The position numbers and the translations under genes are program-made. A stretch of DNA of 58,279 nt from a candidate division FCPU426 bacterium (GTDB taxonomy: Bacteria; Oederibacteriota; Muellerivitia; Muellerivitales; Muellerivitaceae). Of this stretch, positions 50,964 to 58,279 are shown one piece after another; position 1 is the stretch's first letter, and the number at the start of each line of letters is the position of its first letter. Under the pieces are notes generated by a model. It made no database searches, was not told the origin of the DNA, and saw only the letters and a program-made list of their open reading frames with translations. The stretch spans positions 1-58,279 of the forward strand of contig CAWHOE010000052.1 of NCBI GenBank assembly GCA_963830915.1. The letters are read 5' to 3'.

Positions 50964-51140
50964 ATGAAGAACGTGGAAATGAAGGTAGAAGGCAATATCC
51001 TCACCATCAAGGTCGATCTGACCAAGGAATTCGGCCCATCCTCTTCCGGAAAGACCATCATCGTCGCGTCGACCGAAGGGAACCAGTCCCTTCCGGACCG
51101 TGATGAAAAGGTCGGACTGAACGTTTACAAGAAAAAATAG
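50964..51140 (+). CDS. Small hypothetical protein (58 aa) absent from the ORF track
   Basis: MKNVEMKVEGNILTIKVDLTKEFGPSSSGKTIIVASTEGNQSLPDRDEKVGLNVYKKK; AAGGGA RBS; codon usage matches neighbours; resembles a conserved GxSxSGKTxxxASTxGN family as I recall it. Confidence 0.85.
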   Translation: MKNVEMKVEGNILTIKVDLTKEFGPSSSGKTIIVASTEGNQSLPDRDEKVGLNVYKKK

Positions 51141-51204
51141 GTTGGTTGTGTTTTTGGAGTTTTTCTGAATTTTCTGATAAAAGGTATTTGAGGTGTTTTT
51201 TAGT

Positions 51205-51357
51205 TTGTCATCGCGAGGAGGCGCCCCGATCGGGGCGGTTGCCGACGTGGCGATCTCAGTTAGATGTTCACGTTAGTCTTTTTGTAAGGCTTATTTAAAC
51301 TGAGATCGCCACCTCGTGAACGGCCGCCTATTCGGCGGCCACTCGTCGCGATGACAA
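51205..51357. repeat. REP-like nested palindromic element (GTCAT.GCGAG...GCGATCTC / GAGATCGC...GCGATGAC type)
   Basis: Outer IR TTGTCATCGCGA/TCGCGATGACAA; inner 15-bp IR 51247-51261/51298-51312; two GC hairpins. Confidence 0.8.
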
Positions 51358-51464
51358 CCAATTAAAAAGACAATTAAGACTGCCCTATATCCGCAAATCT
51401 TGTGAGGAAAAAATTTTGAACTCGAAAAGGTCCTGCTCCGCGGAAATGACAGTCAACAGACCCT

Positions 51465-52346
51465 TTATCCCTCGTGCCCGACTTTGACCTGCTCAGCCTG
51501 GGTCAAGTTCTCCATGGAGATCTGATAGCTCAATTTCGATAAGACATCCGAGCCCCGGTATGTCCCGGTGACAGCCGCGGCTTCGGTCGGACCTGGCCCG
51601 GAAGCCAGCGCGATGTGGGTGTCCGCGACCGCCAGCCCCAGCGAAGGGTCATAACCCCTCCATCCCGCGCCGGGAAGGAAAACCTCCGCCCAGGCGTGCA
51701 GTTCAAAGCTGTCCTTGGCCCCTGGGTCGTACTTGTATCCGCTGACGAACCTGGCGGCTATCCCCAAAGAACGGCAAAGATCCACATACAAAACCGCCAG
51801 GTCCCGGCAGGCGCCTTCCTTTCGGCGCAATGTCTTGCCCGGGGAGAGGGCTTCGCCCGTTAGCCGCACCACGGGGGAGAAATCCCGGCGCAGGGTATCG
51901 GTCATGTGGTAAAGGAACCCCAGGGTGTTGTCGTCGCTTTCGCTCAGCAGGCGCTTGGCCATCTCGTCCACCGCCCCATCCGGCTCAACTCGATAAAGAT
52001 AGGGCGCCAGGGCCTGCCGGTTTTCCTTGCTGTAGCGGGCGGGAAGTTTCAAGACCTGTTGGTCGGTGATGAGGTAGTTGAAGGGATTTTGAAGCAGGGT
52101 CTCGACCGTGAAATGGGAGGCGCTTTCCCACTTGGCCAGGTCCTTGGTATGCCAGAAAAGGGTGACGGGATTGTTATACAGATCCAGTCCTTCCGACCGG
52201 CCGGCGGGGGAGGGCGCCAAATCCAACCGGTAATTTTCAAGCTTCTGGCTGAAGTCATCCCGCGGTTTCAAGCGCAGGGTGGTCGGTTCCACGAAGACTT
52301 CCCGGCTATAGGCATATTGGAGATGATGGGTGATCTTGAATCGCAT
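51465..52346 (-). CDS. Transglutaminase-like protein (with Bact_transglu_N domain)
   Basis: N-terminal I.H...Y.Y...LRLKP; triad GACRD (Cys), HAWAEV (His), GYDPS (Asp); ARFVSGY. Confidence 0.93.
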   Translation of the reverse strand: MRFKITHHLQYAYSREVFVEPTTLRLKPRDDFSQKLENYRLDLAPSPAGRSEGLDLYNNPVTLFWHTKDLAKWESASHFTVETLLQNPFNYLITDQQVLKLPARYSKENRQALAPYLYRVEPDGAVDEMAKRLLSESDDNTLGFLYHMTDTLRRDFSPVVRLTGEALSPGKTLRRKEGACRDLAVLYVDLCRSLGIAARFVSGYKYDPGAKDSFELHAWAEVFLPGAGWRGYDPSLGLAVADTHIALASGPGPTEAAAVTGTYRGSDVLSKLSYQISMENLTQAEQVKVGHEG

Positions 52347-52379
52347 CAGGCTCCCCTCCTCATCTCTCGGGCTGTACTC

Positions 52380-53132
52380 TCAAGCTCCCGGTTCAACGGC
52401 TCTTAAACCCTTCTTTTTTTCCAGGATCGCCTTGACCCATTCCGAAGGGCACAGTTCCACGGTCTCCCGAACCCTTTTTTTCCACCATTCAGAGACGGCG
52501 ACCATGTCTTTTTGGTCGTATCGGATCTCATCCATCGTCAGGGAACCCTTGTGGTAAAGCACCACGTCAATGGGGAAGTCCACGTCGGTGGCGCTCGACC
52601 GGGTGGCCTCGAAAGCCAGATAACCCACTTTCAGGGCCAGTTCCATCGTGCTTTCGAAATTAAGGGCCCGGTCCAGCAGGGGTTTGCCGTAGCTGGATTC
52701 CCCAATGGCCGAATAGGGGGTGCTTTCGGTGATCTCCACCCAATTGCCTTGGGGATAGATCAGGTAAAGCTTATGTTCCGAGTCCCCCGACAACTGGCCG
52801 CCCATGATGGAAAAGAGGTTGAAATGGTATCCGCTCGTTTCCAACGCGTCCTTATCCTCTTTCGCGACTCGCCGCAATTGTTCGGCGAAAGCGTTGACGG
52901 CTTTGTACAACTTATCGAAACGCGACGCGGGGTCGTCCAATATCTCCTGGAAGTAGGTGAGCGCCTTGTCCCTCGCGGACCGAAGGCCGGACGTCATCAA
53001 GAACAGGCTGTGGTTCCCGCTTTGATGGATGGTCACTTTCTTGCCGGTGATATGTTCGGTCCCGCTGGTGATCCGGGTATCGGCCAGGGCTACCAGCCCT
53101 TCTTTGACTTTCATCGCGATGCAAAAGGTCAT
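52380..53132 (-). CDS. Proteasome-type Ntn protease (Anbu)
   Basis: MTFC..(Thr nucleophile)..GLVALADTR, GGQL, LYLIYPQGNW, IGESSYGKPLLDR. Confidence 0.9.
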   Translation of the reverse strand: MTFCIAMKVKEGLVALADTRITSGTEHITGKKVTIHQSGNHSLFLMTSGLRSARDKALTYFQEILDDPASRFDKLYKAVNAFAEQLRRVAKEDKDALETSGYHFNLFSIMGGQLSGDSEHKLYLIYPQGNWVEITESTPYSAIGESSYGKPLLDRALNFESTMELALKVGYLAFEATRSSATDVDFPIDVVLYHKGSLTMDEIRYDQKDMVAVSEWWKKRVRETVELCPSEWVKAILEKKKGLRAVEPGA

Positions 53133-54139
53133 TGTTCCTGTGTCTCCATTTCTCTTATTTCGCTTCTAACGGGGGTGGCTGGTTCGTTCGGCAGGGGTTT
53201 GAACGCCAAGAATACCGAGTAGATCGCGTCGCCCACCCCGTTCAACTTGGCCTCGAAGTTATCCAGGTACTCGTGCAAGCCGTTCTTGATGATCTCCCCG
53301 ATATCGGCGTAATCCAGCTCGGCCCGCAGAAGTCCCAGCTGTTTTTCGGCGATGTTGGAATAGGTGCCGGGCGGTGTTTGGGCAACCGCCCTCAGGGATT
53401 TCTCGGCGTTGATCAGGCAATGCCTTATGGACCGGGGGAAGTCGGGATCAAGCATCAGGAATTCCGCCACCTTCGCCGGATGGATCAGGCTGTGTTTTTT
53501 ACGGTACATCTCGCTGGCGGAGGCGGATTTCAATAAGGCGGTCCAAAGGATGATGTCAAAGGGCGTGCCGACGTCCTCCACTTTCGGCAAAAGGATGAAG
53601 TATTTAACGTCCAGGATACGGGTGGTTTTGTCCGCCCTCTCCAACCATCTGCCCAAGCGAAGGAAGTGCCAGGCCTCGTTGTGGGAAAGGGTGTCCTCGG
53701 TCAAGCCGGTCAAGAGATGGCTGTTGAAGCGGACTTGACGGCAGAATTGATAAAGGAAGTCGTCGTTGGGAGGGTTGTTCAGGGCCCCGCTGACCTGGTG
53801 ATAGAACACGTTCACGTGCTCCCACATCTCCGAGGAAATGACCTCCCGGCTGGTGCGGGCGTTTTCCCGGGCTTTTTGAAGGCAGGACAACACCGAGTTG
53901 GGGTTCAGGGGGTCGTACATGAGGAAGCGTATGACGTTCTCGCGGGTCGGCTCGCCGTAAGCTTTCACAAAAACGCCGTAATCACCCGTGGTCACCGCCA
54001 GAGGCCGCCATTGTTGGGACTGTTCCATGGGCATATCCAGCATCAAGTTCAAATTGACCCCGATGAAGCGGGCGACATTCTCGGCCCGCTCGACGTATCG
54101 TCCGAGCCAATAGAGGGAATCGGCCAGTCGGCTGAGCAT
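53129..54139 (-). CDS. Alpha-E domain protein (DUF403)
   Basis: MLSRLADSLYWLGRYVERAE, ARENAR, LGRWLERAD, FPRSI. Confidence 0.93.
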   Translation of the reverse strand: MLSRLADSLYWLGRYVERAENVARFIGVNLNLMLDMPMEQSQQWRPLAVTTGDYGVFVKAYGEPTRENVIRFLMYDPLNPNSVLSCLQKARENARTSREVISSEMWEHVNVFYHQVSGALNNPPNDDFLYQFCRQVRFNSHLLTGLTEDTLSHNEAWHFLRLGRWLERADKTTRILDVKYFILLPKVEDVGTPFDIILWTALLKSASASEMYRKKHSLIHPAKVAEFLMLDPDFPRSIRHCLINAEKSLRAVAQTPPGTYSNIAEKQLGLLRAELDYADIGEIIKNGLHEYLDNFEAKLNGVGDAIYSVFLAFKPLPNEPATPVRSEIREMETQEQ

Positions 54140-54141
54140 GG

Positions 54142-55605
54142 TCAGGTCCTTCCCGCGGGTGTTTTGCCGTTTTCAGCCAAGACCCAAGTGTCCTTACTGC
54201 CGCCCCCCTGGGATGAATTCACCACTAAGGAGCCTTTTTTCAGCGCGACCCGGGTCAACCCGCCGGGGATGATATAGGGTTTCTTGCCGTAAAGGATGTA
54301 GGGGCGCAGGTCCACGTGTCTTCCCTCGAAATGGTCATCCACGATGATGGGCGCCCGCGAAAGGGAAAGGGTCGGTTGGGCGATATAGTCCCTGGGGTTG
54401 TTATGGATCAACTCGGCGAATTTGATCCGTTCTTGGGGGCTGGAATGGGGGCCAATCAGCATCCCGTAACCTCCGGACTGGTTGACGGCTTTGACCACCA
54501 GGTTGGAAAGGTTCTCCAGCACATATTTGCGCTGGGAGGGTTCCCAACAGACATAAGAGGGCACGTTGGGGAGGATGGGGTCCTCGCCCAGGTAGTACTT
54601 GATGATCTGGGGAACATAGGTATAAACCGCTTTGTCGTCCGCGACTCCCGTCCCGGGGGCGTTGGCCAGGCTCAATCGACCCTGACGGTAGACTTCCATC
54701 AGGCCAGGCACACCCAATTGGGAATCTTTCCGGAAGACCAGGGGATCGATGAAATCGTCATCGACCCGGCGGTAGATCACATCGACCCTTTCAAAACCCT
54801 TGGTGGTCCTGGCCATGACATAACCGTCCAATACCACCAGGTCTCGGCCTTCCACCAGGTCCACGCCCATTTGCTGGGCCAGGAAAGCGTGCTCGAAATA
54901 AGCGGAGTTATAGGGCCCGGGCGTCAGGACGACCACTCTTGGGTCGCCTTTCGCGCTGGCCGGGGCGGTATGGCATAGGGTATCCAGCAGTCGCAGGGGA
55001 TAATCGTCCACCGGCCTTACGGCCATGTCCTCGAAAACTTGGGGGAGTGTGCGTTTGAGAACGCTCCTGTTTTCCATGACATAGGAAACACCGGAAGGAC
55101 AGCGCAGGTTGTCTTCCAGCACATAGTATTTCCCGTCATTGTCACGGACCAGGTCGGTGCCGGTCACGTGGATCCAGATCCCCCCGGGAGGGTTCAAGCC
55201 AACGCACTCAGGTTTGAAACCGGAAGAGGTCCGGATGATACCGGCCGGAATGACGTTGTCTTTTAATATCTTTTGCCCGTGGTAGATGTCATCCAGGAAC
55301 AAATTCAAGGCCATGATCCGCTGGGTCAGGCCTTTCTCGATATGGTCCCATTCCCTTGAGTTCACGACGCGGGGAATGATGTCGAATGGGAATATCTTTT
55401 CCGTGCCAGCCTTGTCCCCATAGACGGTAAAAGTAATGCCCAGTTGGTGGAATTCAGTCTCGGCGGCCTTCTGCTGGCGCAACAGATCCACCGAACTCAT
55501 GGATTTAAGCCGTTTGATCAAAGGGGCGGCGCTGGAGCGGGGATTCCCGTCCTTCTCGAATAGTTCATCGTAAAAGACGTCGGTATCATATTTTTCAAAG
55601 GACAT
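54142..55605 (-). CDS. Circularly permuted type 2 ATP-grasp protein (DUF404/407)
   Basis: [62 protein letters not shown]. Confidence 0.95.
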   Translation of the reverse strand: MSFEKYDTDVFYDELFEKDGNPRSSAAPLIKRLKSMSSVDLLRQQKAAETEFHQLGITFTVYGDKAGTEKIFPFDIIPRVVNSREWDHIEKGLTQRIMALNLFLDDIYHGQKILKDNVIPAGIIRTSSGFKPECVGLNPPGGIWIHVTGTDLVRDNDGKYYVLEDNLRCPSGVSYVMENRSVLKRTLPQVFEDMAVRPVDDYPLRLLDTLCHTAPASAKGDPRVVVLTPGPYNSAYFEHAFLAQQMGVDLVEGRDLVVLDGYVMARTTKGFERVDVIYRRVDDDFIDPLVFRKDSQLGVPGLMEVYRQGRLSLANAPGTGVADDKAVYTYVPQIIKYYLGEDPILPNVPSYVCWEPSQRKYVLENLSNLVVKAVNQSGGYGMLIGPHSSPQERIKFAELIHNNPRDYIAQPTLSLSRAPIIVDDHFEGRHVDLRPYILYGKKPYIIPGGLTRVALKKGSLVVNSSQGGGSKDTWVLAENGKTPAGRT

Positions 55606-55639
55606 AAATATCCTTTCTCCCCATGTTCATAAGGGTTAA

Positions 55640-55656
55640 AGCATAAAAGGGGCCAA
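55640..55656 (-). promoter_or_regulatory. Putative sigma54 (-24/-12) promoter of the ATP-grasp/Anbu operon
   Basis: Minus strand TTGGCCCCTTTTATGCT has exact GG-N10-GC spacing, ~35 nt upstream of the ATG and ahead of a GGAGAAAGGA RBS. Confidence 0.6.
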
Positions 55657-56116
55657 TTAATGGATGGGATAATAAGGGAATCAGAGGAGATCGGGATTTG
55701 GAGGATACATAATTGTAGTGGCCATCCCTTTTTGTCCGCGGAAATTGAAGGTAAATGTTCGGATCTTGTTAGGCGCTTTTAGGGTCGATCTTGAATTTTC
55801 AGAAACATGTCTTGATGGATAAAGGGTGGTGGCCTGAATATTACGAAAACATAAAGTAGCTGAGAAATGCCTATCGAATATGATTTTCTTGAGAGCGTGA
55901 TCTTTATTTTCCGTTTCCACGCCAAAGAGTTAAAATAGTCTCATTGCTGGGGAGCGGTAAGGTCGGTGATTTGACAGCCGACACCTTAGTTTTTAAAAGG
56001 TCACGAAAACTAACGAGCCCCATTCCTCGCCCGAATTCATCACGATTCCTTTCGTTGGGCCTCAAAAAAATCTTAATTTACCCAAACATCGTAAATTCAA
56101 TTCTCAAGGATAAAGC

Positions 56117-56509
56117 ATGCCCGAAGGCCATTTGATCCACGAAAAAAGGACCCATCCCCGCGTTCCCCTCAAAATCCCCGTGACCTATCGGGTAATATCC
56201 GAGGATCAAGAATACAAATCTGTCCAAGACGGAAAAAATTATGAACAAGCTGGTACGACCATCGATGTCAGTATGGGGGGGCTATACTTGGCGGCTAATC
56301 AAACCTTTGGATCGGGAACGATTCTTCGGTTGGAAGTCACCCTTCCGGAAGTGCCTCATCAATTCTCGGCTTACGCTGTCGTGGCCTGGTCAAATAAGAC
56401 CGGGGCCGGCCTTCATTTTGAGGCCATCCGGGAACCTGATGAGAAGATCTTGAAGGAATACCTGGAACAAGCCCTTCCAATAAAAAAAGAAGAACAAAAA
56501 AGGGCATAG
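56117..56509 (+). CDS. PilZ-domain c-di-GMP receptor
   Basis: RxxxR (KRTHPR) and DxSxxG (DVSMGG) motifs; AGLHF. Confidence 0.88.
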   Translation: MPEGHLIHEKRTHPRVPLKIPVTYRVISEDQEYKSVQDGKNYEQAGTTIDVSMGGLYLAANQTFGSGTILRLEVTLPEVPHQFSAYAVVAWSNKTGAGLHFEAIREPDEKILKEYLEQALPIKKEEQKRA

Positions 56510-56636
56510 AACCTGGGTTTAATTCACTTTCGAACATTATTCTCCACCCCCTCAGCTGATATTCCGGAAGACCCGCAAAGACCCTATAATATTCCCGGTT
56601 TGTCCCGCGACCTTTTTACCAATTGTGAGGAGTCAT

Positions 56637-57170
56637 ATGCCATCCAAACCACTCTGCTCACGCTGTCGGAAAGAGTTGAAGCCCCGGATCTCGTTGAGCG
56701 GCCAATCGAGGGTCTACGACGTATGCCCTGATTGTGAGGCCGAGCTTACGCGGCAGTTAAAGGGAACGGTGCTGGAAAAGTTCCTGGATACCTTGGGGTC
56801 TCCCGCCCTGGTGGTGAACGAGGATATGCGGGTCATCGCCTATAACCAAAGTTGTTTTCAACAGTTATGCGGGATGGATCCTAAACCCAAAGGCTTGTTG
56901 GCTGGTGAGTTCCTCGATTGTCACAACGCCGCGTCCTCAAAAAGGTGCGGCGCGACCCCCAATTGCCTGGATTGCGCCATCCGTTTGACGGCTATCAGTA
57001 CCTTTCAGACAGGTACCCCGCAGCAGTATGTCCCCGCTTTCCTGACAGGGAAGGATAATGACCGCAAAGTAGAACGCAAATTCTTGATCAGCACGGACAA
57101 GATCGAGAACATGGTCCAGATCAAGGTCGAGGGACTTTACAATGTCCTAGAGCCACCCTCGGAAACCTAA
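56637..57170 (+). CDS. Cys-rich hypothetical protein (zinc ribbon + PAS-like domain)
   Basis: CSRC...CPDC; FLDTLGSPALVVNED.RVIAYN; GEFLDC..A....CG....C..CAIR; GAGGAG RBS. Confidence 0.7.
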   Translation: MPSKPLCSRCRKELKPRISLSGQSRVYDVCPDCEAELTRQLKGTVLEKFLDTLGSPALVVNEDMRVIAYNQSCFQQLCGMDPKPKGLLAGEFLDCHNAASSKRCGATPNCLDCAIRLTAISTFQTGTPQQYVPAFLTGKDNDRKVERKFLISTDKIENMVQIKVEGLYNVLEPPSET

Positions 57171-57227
57171 AAGTCAACTGTCGAACTTCTTTTTAAAAAT
57201 CCAAATCCAATAAGGCGGAAATTTACC

Positions 57228-58130
57228 ATGAGAATATTTTTAACCGGCGGTAGTGGTTTCATCGGGCATTGGGTCGTGAAGGAATTGTTGGGGAAGGGCC
57301 ATGAGCTTCGGCTCCTGGTCCGGAACATGAAAAAGATACCCTCCCTAAGATCCATGAAGGGCGTCGAGATCGTGGAAGGAACGCTCTACGACCAGCCCAT
57401 ATTGGAAAAGGCCGTCCAAGGCCGTGACGCGGTCGTTCATATCGCCTTGGGCTGGGGGGAAACCCCGATCACCATGCTTCAAAAGGATACGGCGGTGACG
57501 GCGTTCCTGATGGAGGCGGCGGAAGGGGCGGGTGTCCAACAGTTCCTCTATACCTCTTCGACGGCCGCGGTGGGCGAGTTCCGCCCGCTCATGAACGAAA
57601 GCATCGATACCCGGCCCATGGACCTTTACGGGGCTACCAAAGCGGCATCGGAAGCCTACCTGCTGGGTTACGCCGCCAAGGTGCGGATGCGCTGCAACAT
57701 CATTCGGCCCGGCTATACCTTCGGCAATCCCGCCTTTCCCGACGGGGTCACCCAGCCGGACAAGCGGTTCATCCAGATCGTTACAGCTGCGAAAAAGAAC
57801 GAAGCCATCAAGGTCACCAAGCACGACGGTACCCAGTTCATTTGGGCGGGAGACCTGGCCAAGCTCTATTCCGCTGTCCTGGATAGCGGTCTGAACCGCC
57901 GGATCTTCTTCGGTTTGTCCGGCGAGTTCGTGACCTGGGAAAAGGTGGCCCATGAGGCCATTCGGCTCACCGGGTCAAAAAGCCAGGTCGTGGTGGACAA
58001 GGGGTGGGACGCCAAACCCATGTTGTTCGATATGAGCCTGATCAAGAAGGAATTTGGTTTGGAATTTATGGCTTCCCCCGAGATCACGAAGCATTTGGAG
58101 TATTTCTCGAACATAACAAAGACAATTTGA
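57228..58130 (+). CDS. NAD-dependent epimerase/dehydratase (extended SDR)
   Basis: TGGSGFIG, YTSST, YGATK (YxxxK). Confidence 0.9.
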   Translation: MRIFLTGGSGFIGHWVVKELLGKGHELRLLVRNMKKIPSLRSMKGVEIVEGTLYDQPILEKAVQGRDAVVHIALGWGETPITMLQKDTAVTAFLMEAAEGAGVQQFLYTSSTAAVGEFRPLMNESIDTRPMDLYGATKAASEAYLLGYAAKVRMRCNIIRPGYTFGNPAFPDGVTQPDKRFIQIVTAAKKNEAIKVTKHDGTQFIWAGDLAKLYSAVLDSGLNRRIFFGLSGEFVTWEKVAHEAIRLTGSKSQVVVDKGWDAKPMLFDMSLIKKEFGLEFMASPEITKHLEYFSNITKTI

Positions 58131-58174
58131 ACCACCAAGAACTGGACTTTCGTCAATTTATTGGTTGCACCGTC

Positions 58175-58268
58175 TCCCCCTCTGAAAGAGGGGGAACAAG
58201 GGGGAGTTAGTTTTACGGATTATTTCGGCAACGACTAATACCCCCCCCCCCCCTTTTTCAAAGGGGGG
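58175..58268. repeat. CCCCCT...AGGGGG-type nested palindromic interspersed element
   Basis: Hairpin TCCCCCTCT-GAA-AGAGGGGGA, then AGGGGGAGTTAGT.../...ACTAATACCCCC and CCCCCTTT-TTC-AAAGGGGG. Confidence 0.55.
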
Positions 58269-58279
58269 TGGAGCGATGC

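Noticed and set aside
55681..56135. ORFs 55681-55920 and 55944-56135 as precursor peptides for the ATP-grasp system
   Set aside because: No convincing RBS or compositional signal, and they lie upstream of the putative sigma54 promoter.

Overview
Chromosomal window from a diderm bacterium (LptD, LptF/G and two PorV/PorQ-like barrels are present). An uncultured Elusimicrobiota/FCPU426-like lineage is my inference only. The window opens with the 3' part of a 23S rRNA gene and a 5S gene. The next ~24 kb hold an unusually dense membrane glycosylation locus: two DUF2723/TMEM260-like proteins, a ~2,050-aa PMT/GT39-like + DUF2298 fusion split by a +1 frameshift, a second DUF2298, a TIGR03663/Agl23-like protein, two GT2 polyprenol-P-sugar synthases and two membrane-anchored NHL propellers, with korAB inserted among them. 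An envelope block follows: PorV-like barrel, a secreted Pro-rich repeat protein also split by a +1 frameshift, LptF/G, LptD, uvrA and a second PorV-like barrel. Then come a Crp/Fnr regulator, a polyprenyl synthase, an 11-subunit nuo operon lacking nuoEFG, a second Crp/Fnr, a REC-HD-GYP protein, a REP-like palindrome, the CP-ATP-grasp/alpha-E/Anbu/transglutaminase operon with a sigma54-type promoter, a PilZ protein, a Cys-rich PAS-like protein and an NAD-dependent epimerase. The best candidate for an undescribed system is the six-GT-C glycosylation locus together with its adjacent Pro/Ser/Thr-rich secreted protein and PorV-like exporters. I found no CRISPR array, tRNA or transposase. All family calls come from motif recognition, not database searches.
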